Below, piece after piece: positions 1-11,322 of a stretch of 64,000 bases of DNA. Position numbers and translations under genes: made by a program. Origin of the DNA: Anthoceros angustus (Eukaryota > Plantae > Anthocerotophyta); assembly GCA_010909165.1 (NCBI GenBank), contig MU008159.1, positions 2,527,406-2,591,405 of the forward strand, given 5' to 3'. The notes below the pieces were generated by a model that was not told the DNA's origin, did no database searches, and saw nothing but the letters and a program-made list of their open reading frames with translations. The stretch's first letter is position 1, and each line of letters starts with the position of its first letter.

Positions 1-86
1 TGGTAGCTGCTCGTGCATTCTCCAAGTTGAACCTCTTGAGCATCCGGCTACATATCGACCTTGATGAAGGTAGATTGCTCCGTGGA

Positions 87-3020
87 AGATAAAGATATTG
101 AGGCTTGTTTCCTACAAGACCAATTTTTATGGAGGCGAGGAAGCAATAAGCCGATAGACTCTTTCGGTGTCCGCATCGAAGCCCAATGCATCGACATAGC
201 AAGTCAATTGTAGACTCCTTTTGCCACTAGGCTTGTAGCGAGACCATAGTTAGAAGTACCCTTGAGGTACCGCATAATTCTTTTAAGTGCTACCCTGATC
301 CCTTCACGGGTTCTCGTGAGAATTGGGCAATGCATTAGATTAGATATGTCCGGTCTTGTCCGTTGCTAAGAAACATGAGAGTGCCAACCGCCATACGATA
401 AGGTACACTCTCCATTTCCTTTTTCTCTTCGATGCAAGACAAGAAGATGAGGAGAGCTTAACACCAACAGCACCTGGAGTGGTAGCTGCTCGTGCATTCT
501 CCAAGTTGAACCTCTTGAGCATCCCGGCTACATATCGACCTTGATGAAGGTAGATTGCTCCAGTGGACCTGTCTTTGTGTACGTGCATTCCAAGAATGTA
601 TTTAACTTGACCCAGATCTTTCATTTCAAACTCCTTCGAGATCGCCTTGATCCGTTAACCAACTCCACATTGTTACCGGGATAACTAAGTCATCCACGTA
701 TAACGCTATCAAAACAAGTGAGCTGTCCTTTGTAGCACATACAGTTAGTATCTGCTTCGCTTTGCACGAAGCCAATCTTCTTAAGATAAGAGTCAATTCT
801 CTTGTACCACAATGAGGACTTTGTTTGAGCCCATAAATAGAACGAAGGAGTTTACACACCTTGTGCGGAATCTCTTATCCTCATAATCCTCGGGTTGATC
901 CATGTAGATCTCTTCTTCCAAGTGACCATAGAGGAAAGTCATACAACGTCCGGTGATAGATGTCCAAGTTAAGTTCAGACATAAAGCAAGGAGCATCCTT
1001 ATCGGTCGCTTTGACGACGGTGAGTAGACTTGATCGCCTTGATAGTCGACTCCTCTTTCGACTATAGCCCTTGGCCACTAGCCTCGCTTTATAACGTATG
1101 CGGGCTCAACCTCTTGAAACTTGGTTTTGAGTACCCACTTGCACTTGATAGTAGTCCTTCCTCGGGGTAGATCCACTAACGCCCAAGTGTTATTCTTGAC
1201 TAAAGAGTTATACTCATCGTCAACAGCCAGTTTCCACTTGTTAGACTCAGGTCTAGCATATGCTTCTTGAAGTGTGAGAGGATCTCCCTCTGAAACAACA
1301 GAACTCATAGCAAAAGAATAGGCGGCTGGATCAAGATCAGTATAACCAGCTTGATTGAACTCCAAGTCAAATGGCTTCTCATTCCAGAGGTGTCTTGGTA
1401 GTCTCTGACGCGTAGGGTACCTACGCTCAGGAACAACGACTTCAGGTCTCGGGGGTGATGGAGGCGGTAAAGGAACGTCTGGAGCCGCTCCAGCATGTAT
1501 GTCCCCCAAATCCAGAGGCAGCTGTCCTTGTGCATCATCCATGGGCCGATCATATTCCCCCTCTCGAGCAGGAACCGGAAGAACCGGAACTGCTTGAGGT
1601 AAAGGAGCCATGGCGAGGGGCAGAACAGCCGTGAGGAAAAAGAAGGGCTTAAATCAAAGTGAGCAGAAATGTCGTCGATGGGCGGGGACTATTGGGGATA
1701 GAAGCGCATCATCATCCTCATCCAAAAGCGGACCCGGAGGAGAGAATGCTAGCCTCGTCGAAAGTGACAAAGCATAAAGCGAGTCCGAGTAGCCACGTCA
1801 ATCAACTTGCGCGATCCTCACCATAACCCACAAACACCGGCTTGGTGCTGGAAGAAAGCTTATCACTGAGGAGGGACATAGGCATAGCGGGAGGCCAAAG
1901 ACGCGCAAATGGGTGATCAAGGCTTGTACCCATGCCAGCACTCGAAAGGAGTACGGCCAACAACGGACTTGGTCAGTAACCTGTTCTTGATGTATCTTGT
2001 GAGACCTCACAAAAGACTTAGGCAAGCGAGACTGGGCTAACATAGCTCGCGCCATGGCCATGAGATCGCCATTGGCCTTCTCAGCAACGCCATTCTGAGC
2101 AGAAGTGTAGGGAACAGTGAATTGTCTCAAGATCCCACGCTCCTCACAGTAGTCTTTGAACTGATGGTTGTTGAGTTCTCCCGCATTGTCGGATCTGATG
2201 CACCGCAGCTTGCATCCAGTGTGCAACTCGGCCATAGAAACAAAAGGTGAGAACACGAAAGGTCACTCTTGAGACGGCGGAGCAAAGAGTAGCAGGAATA
2301 ATCATCCACTATCGTCATAAAATGGCGTGCTCCGCCTAAAGAAGTAACAGGGAGAGGTCCACACAAGTCTACGTGAACTAACTCCAAAGGCTGAGAAGCC
2401 CTATGAGCAGGAAGACCAGAGTAGGGAGAGCTCCGCTGCTTGGCGAGCACACACGCTTCACAAAGAGGTGGTGTCTTGGCCAAGGAGGGCAACTTATCTC
2501 GATACAAGTCCTGCTGAGTCATGGCAAGGAGCTTGGCAGGATTGAGGTGCCCAAGTCGACAGTGCCAAAGTAGGGCATTCCCAGATGGAGGGAGCCCAGG
2601 TGGTGAGACAACCTTAGAAGATGCTACCACTGCAGCAAGTGTAGTGTACACAGGGGTGCCAGTGAAGATGTAGAGATCAACTGCGGGCTGCCCTCTCGAC
2701 AACTTGCCTTGGAGGAGGAGCGATAGAGAAAACAATCCTCACGTCCAAACTCCAGCCGAAAAGCTCCATCTAGCAGAAGTTGGCGAACGGAAATCAAATT
2801 CTTAGCCATCTGCGGGACGTGGAGCACACTATTTAGCACAAGGGAGGAACCATCCTCCGGTGTAGATATCCGCGGAACCAACTCCAAAGAATAGCAAGGC
2901 CGAGTCATCGCCCAATTGCACAAAACGTGGAGTGTCAGTTGTCGCCGTGTAGGAAGTAAACATGTGCTTGGAGCTGCAGATATGGGCGATGGAGTCCGGC
3001 AACGGAGGTCTGAACTCAAG
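87..3020 (-). pseudogene. copia pol (integrase, RT, start of RNase H), frameshifted
   Basis: Motifs LLWHCRLGH, LELVHVDLCGP, MTIVDDYS, IRSDNAGE, VPYTSAQNGVAE, EYNSLVKNNTWALV, CKWVLK, IYMDQPE, SIYGLKQSP, LYVDDLVI, MKDLGQVKYILG and WSCRKQASISLSSTE are spread over several frames. Confidence 0.95.
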
Positions 3021-3099
3021 CTACCAAGCACACGTTAAAGCAATCTCAGACTTGGACTGGTTCTTGGCCTTGGAGACGATAGCTGTATTAGCAGTCTTG

Positions 3100-3985
3100 A
3101 TCTCACGCTTGGCCTCACCGGCTTTCTTCCTCCGCTCCGGTGGCGGGTGATCGACACCAATTGCACGCGTCCTTGACGCGTTTTGCGAGCTTGGAGGAGG
3201 AAGAGGCGGAAGGAGCCTTTGATGGCGGAGTTGTTGTTTCTCGGGGTTATTCCTCTCTTGTTGTTGATTTTGTGACCGTCCTCAGTCACAAACATCACTC
3301 GCTCTCCACCATGTTTAGATGTGCCGGAGTTGAAGCGGGATGCCTCCTCCGAAGGAGTGCGCCGCCAAGCTCGGACTGATTAGGTGGATTGTCCACCGCC
3401 ACCGCTCGTTGTGAAGTCCGGACCGGTGGTTTTGGGAAGAGACGACGGCGATAACTAGCCGGAAGGCTAGCGGAAGCCAGACGACATCAAATTCAGACAT
3501 TGTAGTCCCGAGTGCAGCCAATTGTGCCCGAAGGTACCTGAATCGGCTCACGTGATGGGCAATACTATCACCTTGTTGCATCCGAAGAGTGTAAAACTCT
3601 TGTCGGATGGTGACCAAGGTCATCACATTCGTTGACTGATAGATGTCATTGATCTGCTTCCAGGCCTCTGCTGAAGTAGTCGCACCGTCGGTGTGATGCA
3701 AGGTGGTTTCGTCAAGGCCAGAACCAGCATTTGCATGGCTTGACGATCTAACTTGAGCCACGCAACAATCGCCGACTGAGGTGCGGTAGACTTTGGGGAA
3801 ACACCCTCCACCAGTGGGAGAAGATCGCGCGTGTTGACAGCCGTCTTCATCCGTCGAGACCAAATCTCATATTTGGTCCCGTTGAACCTATCTCTCTCTT
3901 TGAAGTCAGTAGAGACGTTCATAACATTAATTACAGGAGCCAGAGATGGCGGAGGTGGCGGTGGGGGTGGAGTGCCTCCTGACAT
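3100..3985 (-). pseudogene. copia gag (UBN2/Retrotran_gag_2-like), frameshifted
   Basis: MSGGTPPPPP...DRFNGTKYEIWSRRMK; TSAEAWKQINDIYQSTNVMTLVTIRQEFYTLRMQQGDSIAHHVSRF. Confidence 0.9.
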
Positions 3986-5311
3986 GGTCAAATCCTTGGC
4001 TCCACAATTGTGTAAACGAGCAGCGAATGTGACACAAGGCTCAGAAAAACACAAGTGTAGTGTGAGCAAAAATTTTTCCAGGAGAGTTCAAAGCAAACAC
4101 ACTCACACCACCTACAACGCATCACCGGATCACGTGCTCCAAAATTGTTTTCGAGCACTCGCCCTATCAAAAATGGACTCAATGCGTCGAGCAGTTTGAA
4201 CATTCACAAGATTAGTCTTGATGTGGGTGATCGCCAAAGATTTTGATAATGGAGAGGCGTTGCTCTGCGTAGCTTGGCTTGGGCCTCGTTGTACTTGAAC
4301 TCCTTGTAGGCGGCTTCCAAAGTCTCGGCGGAGAGGACGATCTTGGTTCCTCATACTTGCTATGACGGTGTTGCGATGTCCGGTGTTGAAATCGTGTGTA
4401 GGAGGCACACTTGCAGCCAATTGTGCCCGAAGGTACCTGAATCGGCTCACGTGATGGGCAATACTATCACCTTGTTGCATCCGAAGAGTGTAAAACTCTT
4501 GTCGGACGGTGACCAAGGTCATCACATTCGTTGACTGATAGATGTCATTGATCTGCTTCCAGGCCTCTGTTGAAGTAGTCGCACCATCGGTGTGATGCAA
4601 GGTGGTTTCGTCAAGGCCGGAAACCAGCATTTGCATGGCTTGACGATCCAACTTGAGCCACGCATCGCCGGAGGTGCGGTAGGCTTTGAAACACCCTCCA
4701 CCGTGGGAGAAGATCGCGTGTTGAGAGCCGTCATCCGTCGAGACCAAATCTCATATTTGGTCCCGTTGAACCTATCTCTCTCTTTGAAGTCGAGAGAGGC
4801 GTTCATAACATTAATTACGGGGAGCCGAGAGATGGCGGAGGTGGCGGTGGTGGAGTGCCTCGACATGGTCAAATCCTTGGCTCCACAATTGTGTAAAGCA
4901 AGCGTGTTGTGACACAAGGCTCAGAAAAACACAAGTGTAGTGTGAGCAAAAATTTTTCCAGGAGAGTTCAAAGCAAACACACTCACACCAGCCACCTACA
5001 ACGCATCAGCCGGATCCTGTGCTCCAAAATTGTTTTCCAGAGCACTCGCCCTATCAAAGCTTGACTCAATGCGCCGAACAGTTTCAGCAACATTCACAAG
5101 ATTAGTTGATGTGGGTGATCGACTGCCAAAGATTTTGATAATGGAGAGAGCGTTGCTCTGGTGCAGTAGCTTCGGCTTGGGCCTCGTTGTACTTGAACTC
5201 CTTGTAGGCGGCTTCCAAAGTCTCGGCGGAGAGGACGATCTTGGTTCCTCATACTTGACTATGACGGTATTGTGATGTCCGGTGTTGAAATCGTGTGTAG
5301 GAGGCACACTT
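3512..5311. repeat. Tandem duplication of ~900 bp (3512-4411 / 4412-5311) covering the gag N-terminus and upstream region
   Basis: Directly visible near-identical copies; junction at gcagccaa. Confidence 0.93.
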
Positions 5312-6763
5312 CGCATAGCCAAGAGCCGTCGGAGGTGAGAAGGATCGCCACCAAAATCGCCACTAATTTCTGTTGGAAAAGAGCCCGAAAAACAATTAAC
5401 ACGAGCGAAAGAAAAAAAACAGAACCGGTAGCCCCGTTGGAGGTGACGGGGGTCACGCCCGTTCGCGGAGCGGGCACACCGTTCCGTTGAACGGGCGCCC
5501 CGTTAACCCGAACGGGTGGCAGCCGTCGCGAACGCAGCGGCGCCAATTTAAGGGCACCGCCGTGAGCGGGCCCGGCCCGCCGGTTGCCCAACAAGTTGGG
5601 CACCGTTGCCGGACCCACCCCTGCGGCGCGCGCCGCTGGCAGCGCGACTCGCGGTGGCCGCCGGCGCGTCTCCTGCGGCGCGTGCACTCACGACCTCGGT
5701 GAAATCCGCTGGTTGAGAGGACCTCCCCACAGATCTCGACGACCGATGGGGCGTCGAGGCTGATTGAATCGGGCGCCTCTCCTCTCCTGATTGCAGCCTG
5801 GATGGGGGAAACTCGGTGACGATCAAATCGTCGTCGCTCTCCCCCCAAGCAGAATTTCCAGCGGAATTGAGGCCGTCGGACAAATCCTTCTGGAGAGACG
5901 TGCTTGCTTCTTCATGGCACCTTGAGGATGTCCTGCAAGGTGAGGAATTGGGCTGGGAATCAGCAGAAAAACCAGAACGCCTGCATCTTTCCTGCAATCT
6001 CCTTTGTTGGCGATTGTGATGACTTGGCGATTGATTGGATCCCAATTCACGACGATTGTGGGCCGCATCGGCTGGGGAGTCCACCCTCTGTTATCCAAAG
6101 CTTGGATCAAAGCATCCAGGAAGTTGTCGCCCAAGGATTGATAGTAGCGAGGTGCATTCTGCCATCCGAATCCCCGTGAATTCCTTCGTTGAAGTGATCG
6201 CCCTTGAGCACGCTCCACATCGTCACCAAAGCGCCGAGAATGAGCAGCGTTGCGCCGATTTCTGGCCATGTTGGTGTGTAGAAGCAAGGCTTGCTTGAAT
6301 TGGAGGAGGAGTAAAGCTTAGAAGAGCAATGTGTATGAAGGAGCAAGGCTGAATGCCTTCCCTAAACACAAAGCCATGCTTATAAACCTATGTAGAGCAC
6401 CCTATCAAATCTCCTCTTTTTAAAAAAGAGATAAATATGATAAAAATAGAAACATGCTTTTCTATTTTTTCATTTCTTCTAAAGGAAAAAAATTGTAGGA
6501 CACTAAATCTAATCCTATAAGAATAGAGAGTCTAGATTTAGTGTAAGACATGGGTGAGCCAGCTACATTGTATGAAAGCGGCGACAAAGACATTGTCGTA
6601 ACTTCCAATGGTGGTCTTGTCATTCCAATATGCTATCAAGAGCGGCGTATCTAATGCTTCTATCCATGAGCGAGCACGTAGAGCTTCATCGTCCATTGCT
6701 CACCTAGATAGTGACACATTCGTAATCTAGCCATTGGATCTAGAGACCATGGTAAGAGCCCGT

Positions 6764-6775
6764 GGCTCGATACCA
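6764..6775 (-). promoter_or_regulatory. Primer-binding site (tRNA-iMet type) of copia A
   Basis: Minus strand reads TGGTATCGAGCC versus canonical TGGTATCAGAGCC. Confidence 0.8.
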
Positions 6776-6776
6776 A

Positions 6777-6977
6777 GTTAAATTGCATGCGGAAGCGTCT
6801 TAAGCAAAGATGCTATATTAACAATGAATCAAGTGTGTTCATAGGTGGGCTTTTATAGGTGGTCTCGTGAGGGGTGTGTCCTTTCGCTAGCCTAGCTAAC
6901 TACCTATACTAACTGCCAGGTCTAGCTGACTAACCATATTGGTACAGAACCAACGTGGTCTGCTATTATTTCTAACT
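6777..6977 (-). repeat. 5' LTR of copia A (~200 bp)
   Basis: Adjacent to the PBS; minus-strand TATA (CCTATAAAAG); minus-strand start resembles TGTTAGAAA; termini imperfect. Confidence 0.6.
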
Positions 6978-7369
6978 TCATGGCCTTCAACATAGGGGAC
7001 CATACATGGCATGCATGGAGGAATGGCATACGTTGACACGGAAGGGTTTCTGCACATACAACAAGTATCGCGCGGTGAAGGCGCCATGGCAAGCCAAGGT
7101 TGCAGGTGGCATGGCACGCCACGAAGTCTCCCTCCTCTCTCCTCTTTCCTCCCTCCCCCACCGCCCCGCGCCGCCCCCATGCCGGCACCACCACTCCCCA
7201 CACACCATGGCCACCGTCATACCGTCACCACGGGGCTCCCTGGAATGTGGTCGCGGACATCGTCGCATCGCGGGCTGGATCGGTAGGCAATGTGGTATGC
7301 GAGAACGGGGCAAAGCATAAAAAATAGCAAATTAACACATGCATGGTCCGTGGAGCATGGCAGGTTCTA

Positions 7370-7910
7370 AGCTGGTCTTGCCCTTGAAATGGCATGCCAC
7401 ATCTGTGGGCATTACCCAGACGAAATGGCATTGCGAACACTTGTCCTTGGGTCGCCAATAGGGGATGATTAAATGCAAAATTGTCTTATTGGAGGAAGGA
7501 CTGCTCGTCTACACAGGGAATCATTTGTCCTTGTGTCACGAAATGGTAATCCACAAAGGGCAAATTCTGTCCTTGGCTCTCCAAATGGTCATCCAGAATG
7601 GCCAAAAATTGACATGAGGCGAAGACATGGTCATGACGAATGAGGAACATTTGTCCTTGGGTCACGAAATGATCATGCATGATGGGAATGTATTGTCCTT
7701 GGACCATGCAACGGTAATGAACAATGGCAAATTATTGTCCGTCGATCGAAATGATCTTCCATAATGGAAACATTTGTCCTTGGCTTCGAAATGGTCATCG
7801 AATGGCCAAAATTGACACGAGGCCAAGGCATGGTCATGACGAATGAGGAACATTTGTCCTTGGGTCGAAATGACCATACATAAGAATGTTTTGTCCTTGG
7901 ACCACAATGC
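7370..7910. repeat. Degenerate tandem array, ~45 bp unit (core ATTTGTCCTTGG)
   Basis: TTGTCCTTG(G) recurs roughly every 45 bp, with GGTCATC/AATGGCCAAA elements between. Confidence 0.8.
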
Positions 7911-8685
7911 GCATGAAACCCATAACTTTGTCCGGCAGCTGAGCATGAAGGAGGGCTAGCTCCTTGAGTTTCGATCTCCCACAGCATGCGGGCGCGTCGT
8001 TCCGTTCGTGGAAGCTAAACCCCTTTCTAGGAACAAGCGAATCTTGATCGTCATCCGCGCGTACATCGATGCGTGTTCAATGGTGATTTCTTGGCGAGAT
8101 CATGTGAGCCAAGCGATACCATATGCAGGGCGATGTGAAGGGCGGTCGGGCCTACACAGTAAAGCGCCGAGCCTCCTGCGTCAGTCTTTCGATCGTACAT
8201 CTTTGAAGGATATGTCGCACAGGAAAGGATGAGTTGGGGAGATTTTCTAGTGAGGCGGCCATGAAGGATACCTTTGTTGATGTTATAGCATCTTGTGCCC
8301 CATATTTTCCTTCGATGATATGGTAATCCATAATGGGCTAAATATGTCCTCATTCATCGATACCCGGATGCCATATGGAACATGCATGGATGCCATATGT
8401 GCGCAGAATGGTGTGGTGGACAATCGCTGTTGCTGTGTGTTTTAGGCATGTGAATGCCACATGTACACATATAGGTGGTGGGCGCAAACTCGAGTTTGTG
8501 CGGTCGGCGCATGCACATGGGCGGTGGCATGCCCTAGGACTTCGGCGCCTCGCCTCCTCTTCTCCTCTTGCCCCTCTTCCCCATCACCAGGTTACCTCAC
8601 CGCCCTTGATCGCCACCGGAGTTCCTGTTCACTTTGTCGATTATCGGTTGTGCATGTGCGGTGACTCGGTTGGCCTTCCTCGACC

Positions 8686-10570
8686 ATGGTTTGGGACGTT
8701 GACTTTGAGGATTTGGCTGGGCTGAAGCCGCGGAACAACGCCAATCCGGGCCGGATGTCGGTGCCCATAACGTCGCTGCGGAAGGAGGACTTGGGGCCCA
8801 TCGGCGCTTGCGCCGCCGAGAGGGAGAGGCCGAAGCCGGAAAATGGTCCACAGAAGGGGACTTGGCGAGCGAGGCAAGCGGCCCACGGATGGAAGCACGG
8901 CGGATGGTGGAAGCGGCAAGTGAGGTGGGCGCGGTCGTGGAGAAAGCCGATTCCACAAGTGGAGAGGTGGATGCCCATGGCGTGGAGCGGAAGCGGCGAG
9001 AGAGGTGGAGGTGCGGAGGAGAACCTTCATGCAGGAGTGGAGTCTCAAGAGGCGGGCGATGCTCGGGCGGCGGAAGTGGAGTGGGTGTCTCCAAGTGGGG
9101 AGCTAACGCTACTGTTTCTGCAGGAGAGATTCCAAAGTCGGAGGAGGGATCTGCCAGGCGCGACATCCGGAGGAACGAGGACATTGGCCTTAGTCTGGAG
9201 CTTGAGGGTTGTGTCCAACTTGAGGAGCATGGTGGTGGTGCACAAGAGGGTGACGTGGTGCCGAGAGATGGCATACGTTTGTGGACCTTCGCTCGGTGGC
9301 GACGGACAACCCCAACAACGTGGCGGGAGGGAGCCTTTGGAGGAGGAAACTCCTGCGGTGGGAGTGGAGCCCGGTCTGCTGGTGGACGCGGTTGCGGAGG
9401 AGGGCCAAGGGCGCATGCCTATGATGGTGAGGAGGGCGGTGAGAGGAGGACACCGGCCGGCGAGGATGGGGAGAGCGGAGCGAGGAGGAAGATGTGGAGA
9501 TGGCGGATCGAGGTCGAGGAAGACATGCCGACTACATTGCCAGCACATGAAATTGGAGGACGAGCACTGGCGGTAAGCCATTAGACGATGTCATAGCCGT
9601 GTTGTGCGAGCTACATGGCGTGGTGGCGTGTACATGGCGTGAGCCGGTTATGCGATGGAGGGTGGATAGAGAATGAGGAGGAGGATGAAGAGTCGTCCGA
9701 TGAGGAAGGACGAGTGAGGAAGGCCTTCCACCGCGTGTGTTGGAGCTAGTGTGTGCAAAATGGAGTGCCATGGTCGAGCCACGAAAGTTTGCGAAAGGCG
9801 GTGAGGAAGGTAGAGTATGAGTTTGCAAGTATAGAGCGAGGATATTGTGGCCGGGTTTGCGGTGCATCGCGGACAAGGAACCACAATGTGGGCAAGAAGG
9901 TGCGGCGCAGTTACATGGAGGGAGAAGGGAAGGATGCAAAATGGTTGCATCCGCCTAATGTGAGAAGGCATGGAGAAAGGGCGTGCGCAAGCCGTGGTGA
10001 CGCGAGCATGGGGTGTGTGGCCAACACCACGAAGGCCGCAACGCCGGCAAGAATTGCCACGAGCATGGGACGAATCCCTTTGGTCCAAGAGGAGCAAAGG
10101 AGTTCGGAAACATGTCCAGGGAGGGAGCGCAACCTGGATGAGTTGAAGTGGGCAGCAAGGCATGGATTGGACATCTTAGAATCGAGTGGTAAAATAGTCG
10201 TTGACGGTTAATGGAATGCTTGGTTGTGATATGTAGGTTTCGCTATGTAGGACGTGAGCGAGTGATGCGTGTGCATGACTGGGAAGAAGGGAAGGCGGTG
10301 GAAGGTGAAGGCCAGTCGTGAAGGAAGGCATGAACCCGGTGGAGAGAAGGAAGATGGAGGAAGGTGCCAAGCAGGGGCGTCACCGTCAAGTGATGCCGGA
10401 GGCAACGTGGATGGTGGGGATCCCGGAGGTGTGATGGCGGTGCCGAAGGCGTATCACACGATCCGTGTCAAAAGCGTGAGTAGGGTGGCAACCCGGATCG
10501 AGAGATTGAATGCTATTCGTTTGCCGTCAATTGTGGAAGTGGTGATTTGGCAGCCTATGGGGCCGGAGTG
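8686..10570 (+). pseudogene. Degenerate ORF of unknown function, probably TE-borne
   Basis: Long overlapping purine-rich + strand ORFs (8686-9576, 8808-9584, 9753-10211); no recognisable domain. Confidence 0.3.
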
Positions 10571-11283
10571 AAGGGCTAGCCATTGAGGCTAGTGGGTCGA
10601 ATGCCAGACGGTGGACCACACGGGAACGAGGAGGTCTTCGAAGAGGGTCAAGCAAAGACAACGGTGTTGAAGGCTGAGGAGTCCAGGTCGGACGGTGGCG
10701 AAGGGGTGTAGGCGCAAGTGACATAGGAATGGTTGGTACGTCTATGGGTAGGGGGCCGTTTGTGGAGGGGAATGTAAATGGTCGAGATGTTTTCCTGCGG
10801 ACGATGGAGTCGCGGTGCATGGGTGGGTGATGGTCAATTAGCAACAAACAAGAGGGAATTGGTCGCCCACCTTTGTAGCCAGCATTGACATAGGGTCTGT
10901 AATTGTGGAAGTGGTGATTTGGCAGCCTATGGGGCCGGAGTGAAGGGCTAGCCATTGAGGCTAGTGGGTCGAATGCCGTAAGGTGGACCACACCAGACGA
11001 AACGAGGAGGTGCCGAGCGAAGAGGGTCAAGCAAAGACAACGGGTGTTGAAGCCGCAAGAGGAGTCTGAGTGGCGAAGGGGTGTAGGCGCAAGTGACATA
11101 GGAATGGTTGGTACCTATGGGTAGGCTTGTGGAGGGGAATGTAAATGGTCGAGATGTTTTCCGCGGACGATGGAGTCGCCAGCATGGGTGGACCGGTGAT
11201 GGTCAATTAGCAACAAACAAGAGGGAATTGGTCGCCCACCTTTGTAGCCCGGCATTGACATGCCTCAGAATTGTGAAAGTGGT
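10529..11283. repeat. Tandem duplication of ~370 bp (10529-10900 / 10901-11268)
   Basis: Both copies start AATTGTGGAAGTGGTGATTTGG; a similar AATTGTGAAAGTGGT follows the second copy. Confidence 0.92.
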
Positions 11284-11322
11284 TATAGAGGTCATTTGGA
11301 TAGGTGTAGGAAGATGTGGAGG

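Larger units (their letters stand above)
1..6977 (-). mobile_element. Ty1/copia LTR retrotransposon A (degenerate; 3' end runs off the window)
   Basis: Minus-strand domain order is gag, protease region, GAG-pre-integrase, integrase, RT, RNase H start, i.e. copia order. PBS and 5' LTR lie at 6764-6977. Confidence 0.93.
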
